A DNA stretch of 64,000 bases, taken from contig JBKPCV010000054.1 of NCBI GenBank assembly GCA_046727575.1, positions 21 to 64,020 of the forward strand, written 5' to 3'. The notes beneath the pieces are model-generated. The model worked only from the letters and a program-made list of their open reading frames with translations. It ran no database searches and was not told the DNA's origin. The stretch is from Actinomycetota bacterium (GTDB taxonomy: Bacteria > Actinomycetota > Acidimicrobiia > IMCC26256 > DASPTH01). Both the position numbers and the translations under genes were made by a program. Of the stretch, positions 9,367-18,680 are shown one piece after another (position 1 is the first letter of the stretch; each line of letters opens with the position of its first letter).

Positions 9367-10563
9367 TCACGAGGTCCTCATGTTCTCGTCCACATACGCG
9401 TTCGTGAGATCCGTGAACGTCACCGTCGCGGACCCAGTGCCGGCGTGCAGGTCGGCCTCGATCAGGATCTCGCGGTCCTCCATCAGCGCCGCGAGCGCGG
9501 CGTCGTCGTGCGCGGCGGCGACGCCGTCCCGGCAGACCGGGATGCCCTGGTAGGAGATGTCGGCCCGCTCGGGGTCGAACCGGGCGCCGCTCGCGCCCAG
9601 CTCGGACAGCACCCGACCCCAGTACGGGTCGTTCCCGTAGAGGGAGCACTGCACGAGCTGGCTCCCGGCGACGGCGCGCGCTGCGGTACGGGCCTCGGCC
9701 GCCGAACGTGCACCGTGCACCACGATGGTGGCGAGCTTCGTCGCGCCCTCGGCGTCCGCCGCCATCTGCCGGGCGAGGTCGGAACACGCGGCCGCGAGCG
9801 CATCGCCGAACGCTTCGTAGCCGCGGCCGGTGCGGGCAATCGGCTCGTTTCCGAGTGCTCCATTCGCGAGCACCAGCACGGTGTCGTTGGTGCTCGTGCA
9901 GTCGTCGACGATCAGGCTGTTGAACGAATCGGTCACTGCGCGCGTGAGCATGGCGTGGAGAGCGGTGGCGTCGACCGCGGCGTCCGTCGTGAGGACCGCG
10001 AGCATCGTGGCCATCGCGGGAGACAGCATGGCCGCGCCCTTAGCCATCCCACCGACAGTGGCGGTCACGCCGCGTGCGATCTCGACGCGCTGCACCGTCT
10101 CCTTGCGCACTGTATCGGTGGTGAGAATGGCGTCGGCAGCCGCTTGCCCATGCCCGCTCGAGTCGAGGGCAGCGACCAGCTTCGGGATGCCGGCCTTCAC
10201 CGGCCCCATCGGCATCGGGATGCCGATCAGACCGGTCGAGCAGACGAGCACGTCGCGCGTGGCGCAGCCCAGTCCTTCCGCAGTGAGCTCTGCCATTCGC
10301 AGCGCGTCACGCCGGCCGGCTTCGCCGGTCGCCGCATTCGCGTTGCCCGAGTTGAGCACCACCGCGGCGGCGCGCCCGTCGTGGAGGTGACGGCGGCTGA
10401 CCTGGACGGGTGCGGCCGCGACCAGATTGGACGTGAAGACACCGGCGGCGCTGACCGCCGCGTGGTCGGCCGTGGCGACGATCGCGAGGTCGGGCGCGCC
10501 CGACGGTTTGATGCCGCACGCGAGCCCGCCGGCAACGAAGCCCGCGGCCGCGGTCACGCTCAC
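9367..10563 (-). CDS. argJ: bifunctional glutamate N-acetyltransferase / amino-acid acetyltransferase
   Basis: MSVTAAAGFVAGGLACGIKPSGAPDLAIV..., 398 aa. Confidence 0.95.
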   Translation of the reverse strand: MSVTAAAGFVAGGLACGIKPSGAPDLAIVATADHAAVSAAGVFTSNLVAAAPVQVSRRHLHDGRAAAVVLNSGNANAATGEAGRRDALRMAELTAEGLGCATRDVLVCSTGLIGIPMPMGPVKAGIPKLVAALDSSGHGQAAADAILTTDTVRKETVQRVEIARGVTATVGGMAKGAAMLSPAMATMLAVLTTDAAVDATALHAMLTRAVTDSFNSLIVDDCTSTNDTVLVLANGALGNEPIARTGRGYEAFGDALAAACSDLARQMAADAEGATKLATIVVHGARSAAEARTAARAVAGSQLVQCSLYGNDPYWGRVLSELGASGARFDPERADISYQGIPVCRDGVAAAHDDAALAALMEDREILIEADLHAGTGSATVTFTDLTNAYVDENMRTS

Positions 10564-10591
10564 GCTTTCCCGCCCTCGGTGCCAGCTGACC

Positions 10592-11629
10592 TCACGGCAT
10601 GAGTCCCGTGACGGGCAGCGCGGTCGTCTCGGGCAGACCGAGGAGGAGGTTCGCGCACTGGATCGCCTGACCCGACGCGCCCTTCACGAGGTTGTCGAGC
10701 GCGCCCAACGCGAGCACGGTATTGGTCCGCGCGTCGTACCGCACCGTGACGTGCTCGGCGTTCGACCCGAGTGTGGCCTTCGTCGCAGGCGAGCCGTCGG
10801 TGACGACGACGAACGGTTCCCGGTCGTAGAACGTCCGGTAACGGCCGAGCAGCTCCTCGGTGTCGAGCTCGTCGACGGCGGGGCGCGCGTAACACGTCGC
10901 GAGGATCCCGCGCGTCATCGGCACCAGGTGCGGAGTGAACAGCACCTGCACCGTTTCCCCGGCGACGTGCGCGAGCGCCATCTCCATCTCGGCCGTGTGA
11001 CGGTGCGTCAGCAATCCGTAAGCGGCGACGTTCTCGTTGACCTCTGAGAACAAGCTCGTCACCTTCGCGCCCCGGCCCGCACCCGACACGCCCGACGCTG
11101 CATCGACCACGATCCCGCCACACTCGACGAGACCATCGCGTAGGAGCGGTGCCAGCGCGAGCGCCGCCGCCGTCGGGTAGCACCCGGGTGCGGCGACGTG
11201 GCGCGCCGCGGCCACCTCGGACCGGTACAGCTCCGGCAGCCCGTACGCGAAGCGCTCGAGCAGGTCGGGGGCGGAGTGGGCCTCGCGGTACCACTGCTCG
11301 TAGTCGGCCTGCGGGAGACGGAAGTCGGCGCCGAGGTCGACCACGTGCCCCACCGCGTCGACGAGGTCGGCCGCCATCGCCTGGGACTGGCCGTGCGGCA
11401 GCGCGAGGAAGACGACGTCGAGACCGGCGAGCTCGTCGGTCGCGAGCGGCGCGTAGACGAGCCGCGGGTAGGCCGCGGCGAGGGACGGAAACTGCTCGGC
11501 GACCGCGCTCCCCACGTTCGACTCCGCGGTGACGCTGACCACCTCGATGTCGGGATGGTCGGCGAGGAGGCGGAGCAGCTCCGCGCCGGTGTAGCCCGAT
11601 CCACCGACGACCGCGGCTCGATACGCCAT
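10592..11629 (-). CDS. argC: N-acetyl-gamma-glutamyl-phosphate reductase
   Basis: MAYRAAVVGGSGYTGAELLRLL..HPD..; active-site context PGCYPTA. The ATG is residue 50 of ORF 10592..11776. Confidence 0.95.
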   Translation of the reverse strand: MAYRAAVVGGSGYTGAELLRLLADHPDIEVVSVTAESNVGSAVAEQFPSLAAAYPRLVYAPLATDELAGLDVVFLALPHGQSQAMAADLVDAVGHVVDLGADFRLPQADYEQWYREAHSAPDLLERFAYGLPELYRSEVAAARHVAAPGCYPTAAALALAPLLRDGLVECGGIVVDAASGVSGAGRGAKVTSLFSEVNENVAAYGLLTHRHTAEMEMALAHVAGETVQVLFTPHLVPMTRGILATCYARPAVDELDTEELLGRYRTFYDREPFVVVTDGSPATKATLGSNAEHVTVRYDARTNTVLALGALDNLVKGASGQAIQCANLLLGLPETTALPVTGLMP

Positions 11630-11636
11630 GCCGCAT

Positions 11637-11656
11637 ACTATACAGGTTGCTGTATA
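11637..11656 (-). promoter_or_regulatory. candidate leaderless argC promoter (-10 TATAGT) overlapping an 18-bp palindrome (candidate ArgR operator)
   Basis: The minus strand carries TATAGT (11642-11637) 7 nt before the argC ATG. Palindrome TATACAG-GTTG-CTGTATA lies at 11639-11656. This is the only AT-rich patch in the region. Confidence 0.4.
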
Positions 11657-11657
11657 G

Positions 11658-12302
11658 CTAGCCGGCTCGGTCGCGGGACGCCTTCGTCGGGCGCCGGGCG
11701 CTCCGCCGGGGCAGCAGGGAGAAGCCGGAGGCCAGTTGGTCGAAGACCTCGTCGAACAGGTCGGGCAGCGACCCATGGCGCTCGCGCTCCTGCCACACCG
11801 TGAGCGCCACGCGCGAGGCCGCCATCGCTGCGCTCACGACGACCGCGGGGTAGGTGTCGATCTCCGGATCGAGTCGGGTACGACGAGCGATCTCCAGCAC
11901 GAGCTCGTGCTCGACTGCCGCGAGGCGGGCGGCGTAACGGACGCCGAGCGCGGGGTAGCGACCGACGAGGCGGTGCCGGATGAGCCAGTCGTCAGGATCG
12001 GTCTGCAGGTGGTCGGCACTCGCGTGGATGGCGGCGCGCAACGCGTCGATCGGTGCCTCCCTCGCCGGGCGCGCCGCGAGCTCCTGAACCACGCGTGCCG
12101 CGCTCGACTCGGAGCTGCCGACGATCGCGTCCTCCTTCGAGGCGAAGTAGTTGAAGAAGGTGCGCGGCGACACGCCCGCGGCGCTCGCGATGTCGTCGAC
12201 CGTGACGCGGTCGGGCCCCAGCTCGTCGGCGAGACGCAGCGCAGCCGACGCGAGCGCGTCGCGTGTCTCGGCTTTCTTCCGTTCCCGGAGCCCCTGCGTC
12301 AT
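11658..12302 (-). CDS. TetR/AcrR family transcriptional regulator
   Basis: N-terminal HTH: [55 protein letters not shown]. Confidence 0.9.
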   Translation of the reverse strand: MTQGLRERKKAETRDALASAALRLADELGPDRVTVDDIASAAGVSPRTFFNYFASKEDAIVGSSESSAARVVQELAARPAREAPIDALRAAIHASADHLQTDPDDWLIRHRLVGRYPALGVRYAARLAAVEHELVLEIARRTRLDPEIDTYPAVVVSAAMAASRVALTVWQERERHGSLPDLFDEVFDQLASGFSLLPRRSARRPTKASRDRAG

Positions 12303-13933
12303 GGCGATCTCCCTGTCGCGCGTTGCACGGGCTCCGTCGCCTCCTGGTAGCCGCTGCCCACGCTCGGCACTGGCAGCGCCGGGTCGGCGATCGAGATGAG
12401 CGGGTCCTCGGCGAAGTCGATCTCGAGCGCGGCGGTCGCGCGTCGGATGTCACCCGATGTCGTCCGCAGTGGCGTCTCCTTCAAAAAGCACGTGAGCACG
12501 AGACCGAGCAACAGTAATGGCACCGCCAACGCGAATACCCGCGTGATGGCGTCGGCGAATGCGGCCTGCGTCGTCGCGCGCGCGGCAGGCGGAAGCTGAC
12601 GGATTGCCCCGGGCGTGATGTTCAGGTCTGCGGTCGGACCGAGCAGCTCCGTGATCCGGCTCGCGAAGAGGGCCCCAAACGCGGCGACTCCGATCGAGCC
12701 GCCAACCGCGCGGAAGAAGCCGACCGTCGACGTCGCAACGCCCAGATCATCGATCGGCGCCTCGTTCTGGGTCGCGAGCACGAGAATCTGCATCACCATG
12801 CCGACGCCCACGCCCAGGATGGCCATGTAGAGACCCGACTCGACGCGGCTGCTCCCCGTGCCGAGTGTGGACAGCAGGTACATGCCGACCGCCGCGGTCG
12901 CCATGCCGCAGATCGGGAACACACGGTAGCGACCGGTGCGGCTGATGATCTGGCCGGCAATGATCGAAGAGCCGAACACACCGGTCATCAGCGGCACGAG
13001 CAGCAGTCCTGCGTTCGAGGCGGACGCGCCGTTGGCGACCTGGAGCAGTGTCGGGAGGTATGCGATCGCGCCGAACATGCACAGGCCGACCGCCAGGAGC
13101 ACCGCACACGAGAGCGCGAGGGTGCGAATGCGGAACAGCCGCAGCGGGATGGCGGGCTCCTCGACGCTCCGCTCCACCAGCACGAACGCGACGCCGAGCA
13201 AGAGCGTGACGACCCCGAGACCGACGATCACCGGCGAGCCCCACGCGTACTCGGTGCCCGCCCACGACGTGAGCAGCACCAGCGTCGAGATGCCAGCTGC
13301 CAGCAGGGCGTTCCCCACCCAGTCGATGCGCACCTCTGTGCGGCGCCGGCTCGGCGGGAGCACGGCGATCGTGACGACCAGTGCGACGATACCGATCGGG
13401 ATGTTCACGAAGAAGATCCACCGCCACGAGAGGTTGTCCGTGAGGAACCCGCCGATCAGGGGCCCGAGCACACTGGCCGCGCCGAAGACCGCACCGAAGA
13501 ACCCCTGGTAGCGGCCGCGCTCGCGCGGGCTCACCACGTCGGCGATGATCGCCTGGGCGACAATGAACAGCCCGCCGGCGCCGAAGCCCTGGATCGCCCG
13601 GCACACGATCAGCTGCAGCATCGTGACGGAGAACCCTGCGAACAGGCTGCCCAACACGAACAGGCCGATGCCGAGCTGGAAGAGGATCTTCCGCCCGTAG
13701 AGGTCGCCGAGCTTGCCGAAGATCGGGGTCGCGATCGTCTGGGCGAGCAGGTACGCGGTGATCACCCAGGAGAGCTGGTCGAGGCCACCCAGGTCGCCGA
13801 CGATCGTCGGTAGCGCGGTTGCCACGATCGTCTGGTCGACCGCAGCGATGAGCATCCCGAGCACGAGCCCGGTGAAGATGATCAGCACCTGACGGCGAGG
13901 CAGCTCGCCCGTCGTTTCCGACGACACCCTCAT
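12299..13933 (-). CDS. MFS transporter, DHA2 (EmrB/QacA-like, 14-TMS) family
   Basis: [32 protein letters not shown]; ~14 hydrophobic segments. ATGA overlap with the TetR start. Confidence 0.9.
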   Translation of the reverse strand: MRVSSETTGELPRRQVLIIFTGLVLGMLIAAVDQTIVATALPTIVGDLGGLDQLSWVITAYLLAQTIATPIFGKLGDLYGRKILFQLGIGLFVLGSLFAGFSVTMLQLIVCRAIQGFGAGGLFIVAQAIIADVVSPRERGRYQGFFGAVFGAASVLGPLIGGFLTDNLSWRWIFFVNIPIGIVALVVTIAVLPPSRRRTEVRIDWVGNALLAAGISTLVLLTSWAGTEYAWGSPVIVGLGVVTLLLGVAFVLVERSVEEPAIPLRLFRIRTLALSCAVLLAVGLCMFGAIAYLPTLLQVANGASASNAGLLLVPLMTGVFGSSIIAGQIISRTGRYRVFPICGMATAAVGMYLLSTLGTGSSRVESGLYMAILGVGVGMVMQILVLATQNEAPIDDLGVATSTVGFFRAVGGSIGVAAFGALFASRITELLGPTADLNITPGAIRQLPPAARATTQAAFADAITRVFALAVPLLLLGLVLTCFLKETPLRTTSGDIRRATAALEIDFAEDPLISIADPALPVPSVGSGYQEATEPVQRATGRSP

Positions 13934-13935
13934 CC

Positions 13936-13970
13936 GTGCAGATTGTGCAATTTTTCAGTCTGCGCAGCAA
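13936..13970 (-). promoter_or_regulatory. candidate promoter/operator of the MFS-TetR operon
   Basis: AT-rich stretch gtgcagattgtgcaatttttcagtctgcgca, directly upstream of the MFS ATG. Imperfect inverted repeat GTGCAGA..TCTGCGC. Confidence 0.3.
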
Positions 13971-14025
13971 CTGGCGCGGGCGCGGGTGCGGCCGATGCCG
14001 CGGCGCGTGGCGCGGGAGAGCGTGA

Positions 14026-14772
14026 CTAGACGGAGTGGCGGCGGAGACGGCGGGCCCCGAATACGACGAGCACGCCGCCGCCCACGAGCAGCTTCACCGC
14101 CACGATCCAGAGGGTGATGTCCCGGCCGGTGTGCGACTCGTCCGTCACGATCGTGGTGGGATCGGCCCGGTCGTAGTGGATGGGAACACTGGCGCCGAGG
14201 CCCGGCTGCGCCTCGCCGCTCTTGGTCTGCTCGGCCGTCCTCACGACGCGGCCGGTACGCGTCGTGAACTGCAGGCGGTGGTCACCACCGACGTCGACGA
14301 CCGTGGCGATCGCCGGCACTCCCCGCGCGCGCAGGTCGGCATCGTGGCGTTGGAGCGAGACGACCCACACGACCGCGGCGACGCCCAGCGCGATCAGGGC
14401 GAGTCCGCCCCAGAACATCCAGCGCGCGCCGCGCGGCGTGAGGTGGATGCCGCGCGAGTCCCCGGGGGCGACAGGGATGCGGTGCGACGACGCAGGCGAA
14501 GCCACTGGTCGGCGGCCTCCGACCAACCCGGCGTCGTAGCGTGCCCGCTGCACGGGGTCGCTCAGCACGCCGTAGGCGCGGCTCACCCGCTTGAATCGCT
14601 CCTCCGCTTCCACTGTGTCGGCAGGCCGGGCATCGGGGTGGAGCTCCCGCGCACGACTGCGGAAGGCGGTGACGATCTCCTCGGCCGTTGCAGTCCGCTC
14701 CACGCCGAGCTCCGCGTACAAGTCCCCCACCGGCGATCGCATCACCACGACACCATTGTGCGTCGGGAGCAC
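14026..14772 (-). CDS. J-domain (DnaJ-like) membrane protein with a DUF3592-like C-terminal region
   Basis: DLYAELGV..AFRSRARELHPD (HPD motif), then two TM helices flanking a ~90-aa domain. Confidence 0.75.
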   Translation of the reverse strand: MLPTHNGVVVMRSPVGDLYAELGVERTATAEEIVTAFRSRARELHPDARPADTVEAEERFKRVSRAYGVLSDPVQRARYDAGLVGGRRPVASPASSHRIPVAPGDSRGIHLTPRGARWMFWGGLALIALGVAAVVWVVSLQRHDADLRARGVPAIATVVDVGGDHRLQFTTRTGRVVRTAEQTKSGEAQPGLGASVPIHYDRADPTTIVTDESHTGRDITLWIVAVKLLVGGGVLVVFGARRLRRHSV

Positions 14773-14818
14773 GAGCCCATGCGGTCGGAGCGCGAAGCGG
14801 GCGGTTCGGCGGCGCGGG

Positions 14819-15217
14819 TCAGCCGTACCCGATCAGCTTCTCGCGGACGTCCGCAGGGATCGCCGTCGAGTCGTGCGTACCGGGGATGACCGACACGTAC
14901 GTCACGACGCCCGCGCATGCCGCGGCGCCGTTGCAGGTGGCGGTGTACTCGATGTCGAAGGAGGCAGTGCCGAGACGGGGCAGCGCCACCGCGATGGCAA
15001 CGTCGTCGTCGAAACCGGCCGGACCTTGCCACTCCAAGGTCGCCTTGACCACCATCACGTCGAAGTCGGTGAAGAACGCCTCCTTCGGCTGGAGGCCGAG
15101 CGACTCGAAGAACCGGGTCTGCGTCTCGTCGAAGTACGTGAGCCAGTGCGCGTTGAACACCACCCCCTGAGCATCGACTTCGGCATACCGCGGGCGGATG
15201 TGGTGAACGAACGTCAC
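14819..15217 (-). CDS. acyl-CoA thioesterase, hotdog fold (YbgC/4HBT family)
   Basis: MTFVHHIRPRYAEVDAQGVVFNAHWLTYFDE, 132 aa. Confidence 0.8.
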   Translation of the reverse strand: MTFVHHIRPRYAEVDAQGVVFNAHWLTYFDETQTRFFESLGLQPKEAFFTDFDVMVVKATLEWQGPAGFDDDVAIAVALPRLGTASFDIEYTATCNGAAACAGVVTYVSVIPGTHDSTAIPADVREKLIGYG

Positions 15218-15223
15218 CGCTGA

Positions 15224-17620
15224 CTAGCCGCGCAGCTCGGCACCGTGTGCCGTGCTGACCGCGTCGATCGCCCGCTTCCGCAACTCGCCCACCTCGGTGT
15301 CGTTGAGAGTCCGATCGGGGTCGCGGAATCGCAACGCGAACGCCAGGCTGCGTCGTGCGACGCCCAACGCGTCGGCACGGAACTCGTCGAACAGGCGCAC
15401 GTCCTCGAGCACGTCACCGATGGCGTCGTGGAGCGTGCGCACGACCGCGGCCGCGGGAACGGTGTCGGGAACGACGAACGCGAGGTCGATGGTGGACGCC
15501 GGGAATCGCGACGGGGCACGAAACTGACGATCCCGCCGCGGCGCCGCGAAAAGCGCGTCGAGGAGCACCTCGAACGCGACGACCGGGCGCTCGAGCCCGA
15601 GCGCGCCAATGACCGCGTCGGACACCTCGCCGACGGCACCCGCGTCGGCTCCACCGACGACGACGCGGGCGGCGCGTCCGGGCCGGTACCCGGCTACCTC
15701 AGCCGGTTCGAGCGAGAAGTCCGCGATGTCGAGCGCTTCGACGATCGCACGAAGCGCGTCGACGGCGTCGTAGACGTCGACCGGACGATCGTCCTCGACC
15801 GGCCGGCGCCGCACCGTGCCGGCGAGCACGGCGGCGAGCCGCTCGGGCTCCTCGGGCAACGGGCCCTCCCCCTCGCGCGGCGCGAGGAAGACGTGGCCCT
15901 GCTCGAACAGCGCGACGTCGTGCATCCCGTGCGAGCGGTTGAACGCCACCGCGCGCAAGAGGCCTGGCAGGATGCCCGTTCGAAGGACCGACTCCTCGGC
16001 GCGCAGCGGGTTCGCGGCTCGCACCACGCGATCGAGCGGAGAGCCGGCGCGGTCGAGATCCGCGGGTGAGACCAACGAGAGCGTGATCGCCTCGGACAAG
16101 CCGGCGCCAACGAGCGCGTCGGCCACGAGTCGGCGCTTGCGTTGCACCGCGGTGAGGGCTCCGATCTGTTCGTGCGCGCGCGGGAGCGTGCGTCCGATTC
16201 GGGCGAACCCGATCCGCCGCGCGACTTCTTCGATCAGGTCGATCTCGCGTTCGAGGTCGGGCCGGAACGTCGGGACGGTCGCCACGAGCGTGTCGCCGTC
16301 GCCCGTGTCGTCGATCTCGATCTCGAGCGGCGCGAGCGCGTCCCAGACCTCTTCGGCGTCGAGCTCGGTGCCCAGCACCTGATTGACCCGACTTGTGCGC
16401 AGGCGGATCTGCTGCCTGTTCACCGGGTGCACGTAGATGTCCTCGCTCCCCGGTGCCACCCGCGCCCCGGCCACGAGCGCGAGCAGCTCCATGGCCCGTT
16501 CGGCGCTGAGTGCGACGCCGTTGGGGTCGATGCCGCGTTCGAAGCGCGCGCTGGATTCGCTGCGCAGCTTCAGTCGCTTCGAGGTACGGGCGATCCCCAT
16601 GCGCTCGAAGTACGCCGACTCGAGCAGGATCTCGCTGGTCGAGTCGGACACCTCCGACGTCGATCCGCCCATGATCCCGGCGATCGCCTGCGGCGCGCGC
16701 TCGGCGTCACAGATCAACAGGTCGCTGTCGGTCAGCTCACGCTCGATGCCGTCGAGCGTCGTGATCCGTTCGCCGTCTCGAGCGAGCCGGACGACGACGC
16801 CGCGACCGGCGAGCTTCGACAGGTCGAACGCGTGCAGCGGTTGGTTCCGCTCCAGCAGCACGTAGTTCGTGACGTCGACGACGTTGCTGATCGGTCGCAT
16901 GCCTGCCTTCACCAGCCGTTGCACCATCCACGGAGGTGAGCCGCCCATCTGGACGCGCGCGACGCGTCCGAGGTACCGCGGGCACCGGTCGGGGGCATCG
17001 ATCACCACGGTGATGTCGTTGGCCACCGACGCGTCGACAGGAGCACTCGGCTCCGGAACCTCGAGCGGGAGGCCGAAGTGCGCGGCGAGCTCACGTGCGA
17101 CCCCGATGATGCACATCGCGTCGGGACGGTTCGGGGTGATCGCGAGGTCGAAGATCACGTCGTCGAGGCCCAGGATCTCGCGCACGTCGGCACCGAGCTC
17201 GGCGGTTTCGTCGAGAACGAAGATGCCCGAGTGGTCGTCGCCCAGCGCGAGCTCCGCGGCCGAGCACAACATGCCGTCGGACACCTGGCCGCGGATCGTG
17301 CGCCGCTCCATCGTGCGGCCGCCGGGCAGCGTCGCCCCGACGCCGGCGTAGGGCACCGTCATGCCGGGTTTGACGTTGGGCGCGCCGCAGACCACTCGCG
17401 TCTGCCCGGAGCCGTTGTCGACGTCCACGAGCGTGAGCTTGTCAGCATCGGGATGCCGCACCACATCGAGCACTCGCGCCGCGACGACCCCGCCGATCTC
17501 GGCCCCGGGCTCCTCCACGGCCTCGACTTCCAGCCCGAGCTGGTTCAGTGCCGCGACGATCTCCGCCACCGGCGCGGTGACCTGCGTGAACTCGCGGATC
17601 CAGGACAACGGTGCCAGCAT
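15224..17620 (-). CDS. pheT: phenylalanine--tRNA ligase beta subunit
   Basis: 798 aa. MLAPLSWIREF.. N-terminus with tRNA-binding, B3/4, B5 and FDX-ACB-like regions. Confidence 0.97.
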   Translation of the reverse strand: MLAPLSWIREFTQVTAPVAEIVAALNQLGLEVEAVEEPGAEIGGVVAARVLDVVRHPDADKLTLVDVDNGSGQTRVVCGAPNVKPGMTVPYAGVGATLPGGRTMERRTIRGQVSDGMLCSAAELALGDDHSGIFVLDETAELGADVREILGLDDVIFDLAITPNRPDAMCIIGVARELAAHFGLPLEVPEPSAPVDASVANDITVVIDAPDRCPRYLGRVARVQMGGSPPWMVQRLVKAGMRPISNVVDVTNYVLLERNQPLHAFDLSKLAGRGVVVRLARDGERITTLDGIERELTDSDLLICDAERAPQAIAGIMGGSTSEVSDSTSEILLESAYFERMGIARTSKRLKLRSESSARFERGIDPNGVALSAERAMELLALVAGARVAPGSEDIYVHPVNRQQIRLRTSRVNQVLGTELDAEEVWDALAPLEIEIDDTGDGDTLVATVPTFRPDLEREIDLIEEVARRIGFARIGRTLPRAHEQIGALTAVQRKRRLVADALVGAGLSEAITLSLVSPADLDRAGSPLDRVVRAANPLRAEESVLRTGILPGLLRAVAFNRSHGMHDVALFEQGHVFLAPREGEGPLPEEPERLAAVLAGTVRRRPVEDDRPVDVYDAVDALRAIVEALDIADFSLEPAEVAGYRPGRAARVVVGGADAGAVGEVSDAVIGALGLERPVVAFEVLLDALFAAPRRDRQFRAPSRFPASTIDLAFVVPDTVPAAAVVRTLHDAIGDVLEDVRLFDEFRADALGVARRSLAFALRFRDPDRTLNDTEVGELRKRAIDAVSTAHGAELRG

Positions 17621-17645
17621 CAGAACCCGAACATCAGACCGGACA

Positions 17646-18680
17646 TCAGAATCGGGCGAGGAAGCGCACGTCGTCGTCGAAGAACGTCTTGATCTCGTCG
17701 ATCCCGTGACGGATCATCGCGATCCGGTCGAGCCCGAACCCGAACGCGAACCCCGTGTACTCCTCCGGGCCGATCCCAACCCCCGCGAGGACGTTGGGGT
17801 CGACCATGCCGCAGCCGCCGAGCTCGATCCATCCGGTCTGCGAGCAGACCCGACAGCCGTCACCTCCGCAGAAGATGCAGCTGACGGCGAGCTCCGCCGA
17901 CGGCTCCGTGTAAGGAAAGAAGTCGGGACGGAATCGTGTGCGGAGCGTCTCGTCGCCGAAGAGCGCGCGCACGAACGTCTCGATCGTGCCGAACAGGTCG
18001 GCCAGCGTGATGCCGCGGTCGACGGCGAGCGCCTCCATCTGGTGGAACACCGGTGAGTTGCGCGGACTCGGTGTCTCGTTTCGGTACACGCGACCGGGCG
18101 CGACGATGTAGATGGGCGGCTTCATCTTCTCCATCGTGCGGATCTGCACCGGCGACGTGTGCGTGCGCAGCATCACCTGCTCGGGCTCGCCCAGGTTGAC
18201 GTAGAGCGTGTCCTGCAGGGAGCGCGCGGGGTGCGCAGGCGCCATGTTGAGCGCTTCGAAGTTGTGCCAGTCGTCCTCCACTTCGGGACCCTCCATCACG
18301 AGGTAGCCCATGCCCATGAAGATGTCCTCCAGCTCGCGCTGGACCTGCGTGACGAGGTGGAGGTGCCCGCGCGAGCGGCCGTGCCCGCCAAGCGTGAGGT
18401 CGAGCGCGTCGCGGGGCGCTGCGGATGCGGCGGCGGCTTCGAGCTCGGCCCGTTTGGCTGCGACCGACTCCGCGACTCTCGCCTTGAACCTGCCGACGGA
18501 TTTTCCCGCGGCGGGGCGGTCGGCCGTGTCGAGATCCTTGATCGCTTCGTTGGCGCGCGCCATCGGCGAGCCGCGACCCGTCAACGCGCGTTCAGCAGCC
18601 GCGAGCTCCTCGAGGGTCGTCGCTTGGCGCACTGATTCGAGCGGGACGTCGAGTACAGACTCGATGTCGGACAGGGTCAC
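17646..18680 (-). CDS. pheS: phenylalanine--tRNA ligase alpha subunit
   Basis: HPARSLQDTLY, RTHTSPVQIR, class II core; ends VRFLARF. The GTG at 18680 forms a GTGA overlap with the upstream stop (GTG at 18683 is equally possible). Confidence 0.95.
   Translation of the reverse strand: MTLSDIESVLDVPLESVRQATTLEELAAAERALTGRGSPMARANEAIKDLDTADRPAAGKSVGRFKARVAESVAAKRAELEAAAASAAPRDALDLTLGGHGRSRGHLHLVTQVQRELEDIFMGMGYLVMEGPEVEDDWHNFEALNMAPAHPARSLQDTLYVNLGEPEQVMLRTHTSPVQIRTMEKMKPPIYIVAPGRVYRNETPSPRNSPVFHQMEALAVDRGITLADLFGTIETFVRALFGDETLRTRFRPDFFPYTEPSAELAVSCIFCGGDGCRVCSQTGWIELGGCGMVDPNVLAGVGIGPEEYTGFAFGFGLDRIAMIRHGIDEIKTFFDDDVRFLARF

Noticed and set aside
10564-10591. argC/argJ spacer plus argJ start (cgctcacgctttcccgccctcgg) resembles the right flank of the 26101 repeat (cgctcacgctcgcttcccctctcg)
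   Set aside because: The match is about 10 nt plus a short T/C-rich run, and part of it is argJ coding sequence. No hairpin is present. Too weak to call a copy.
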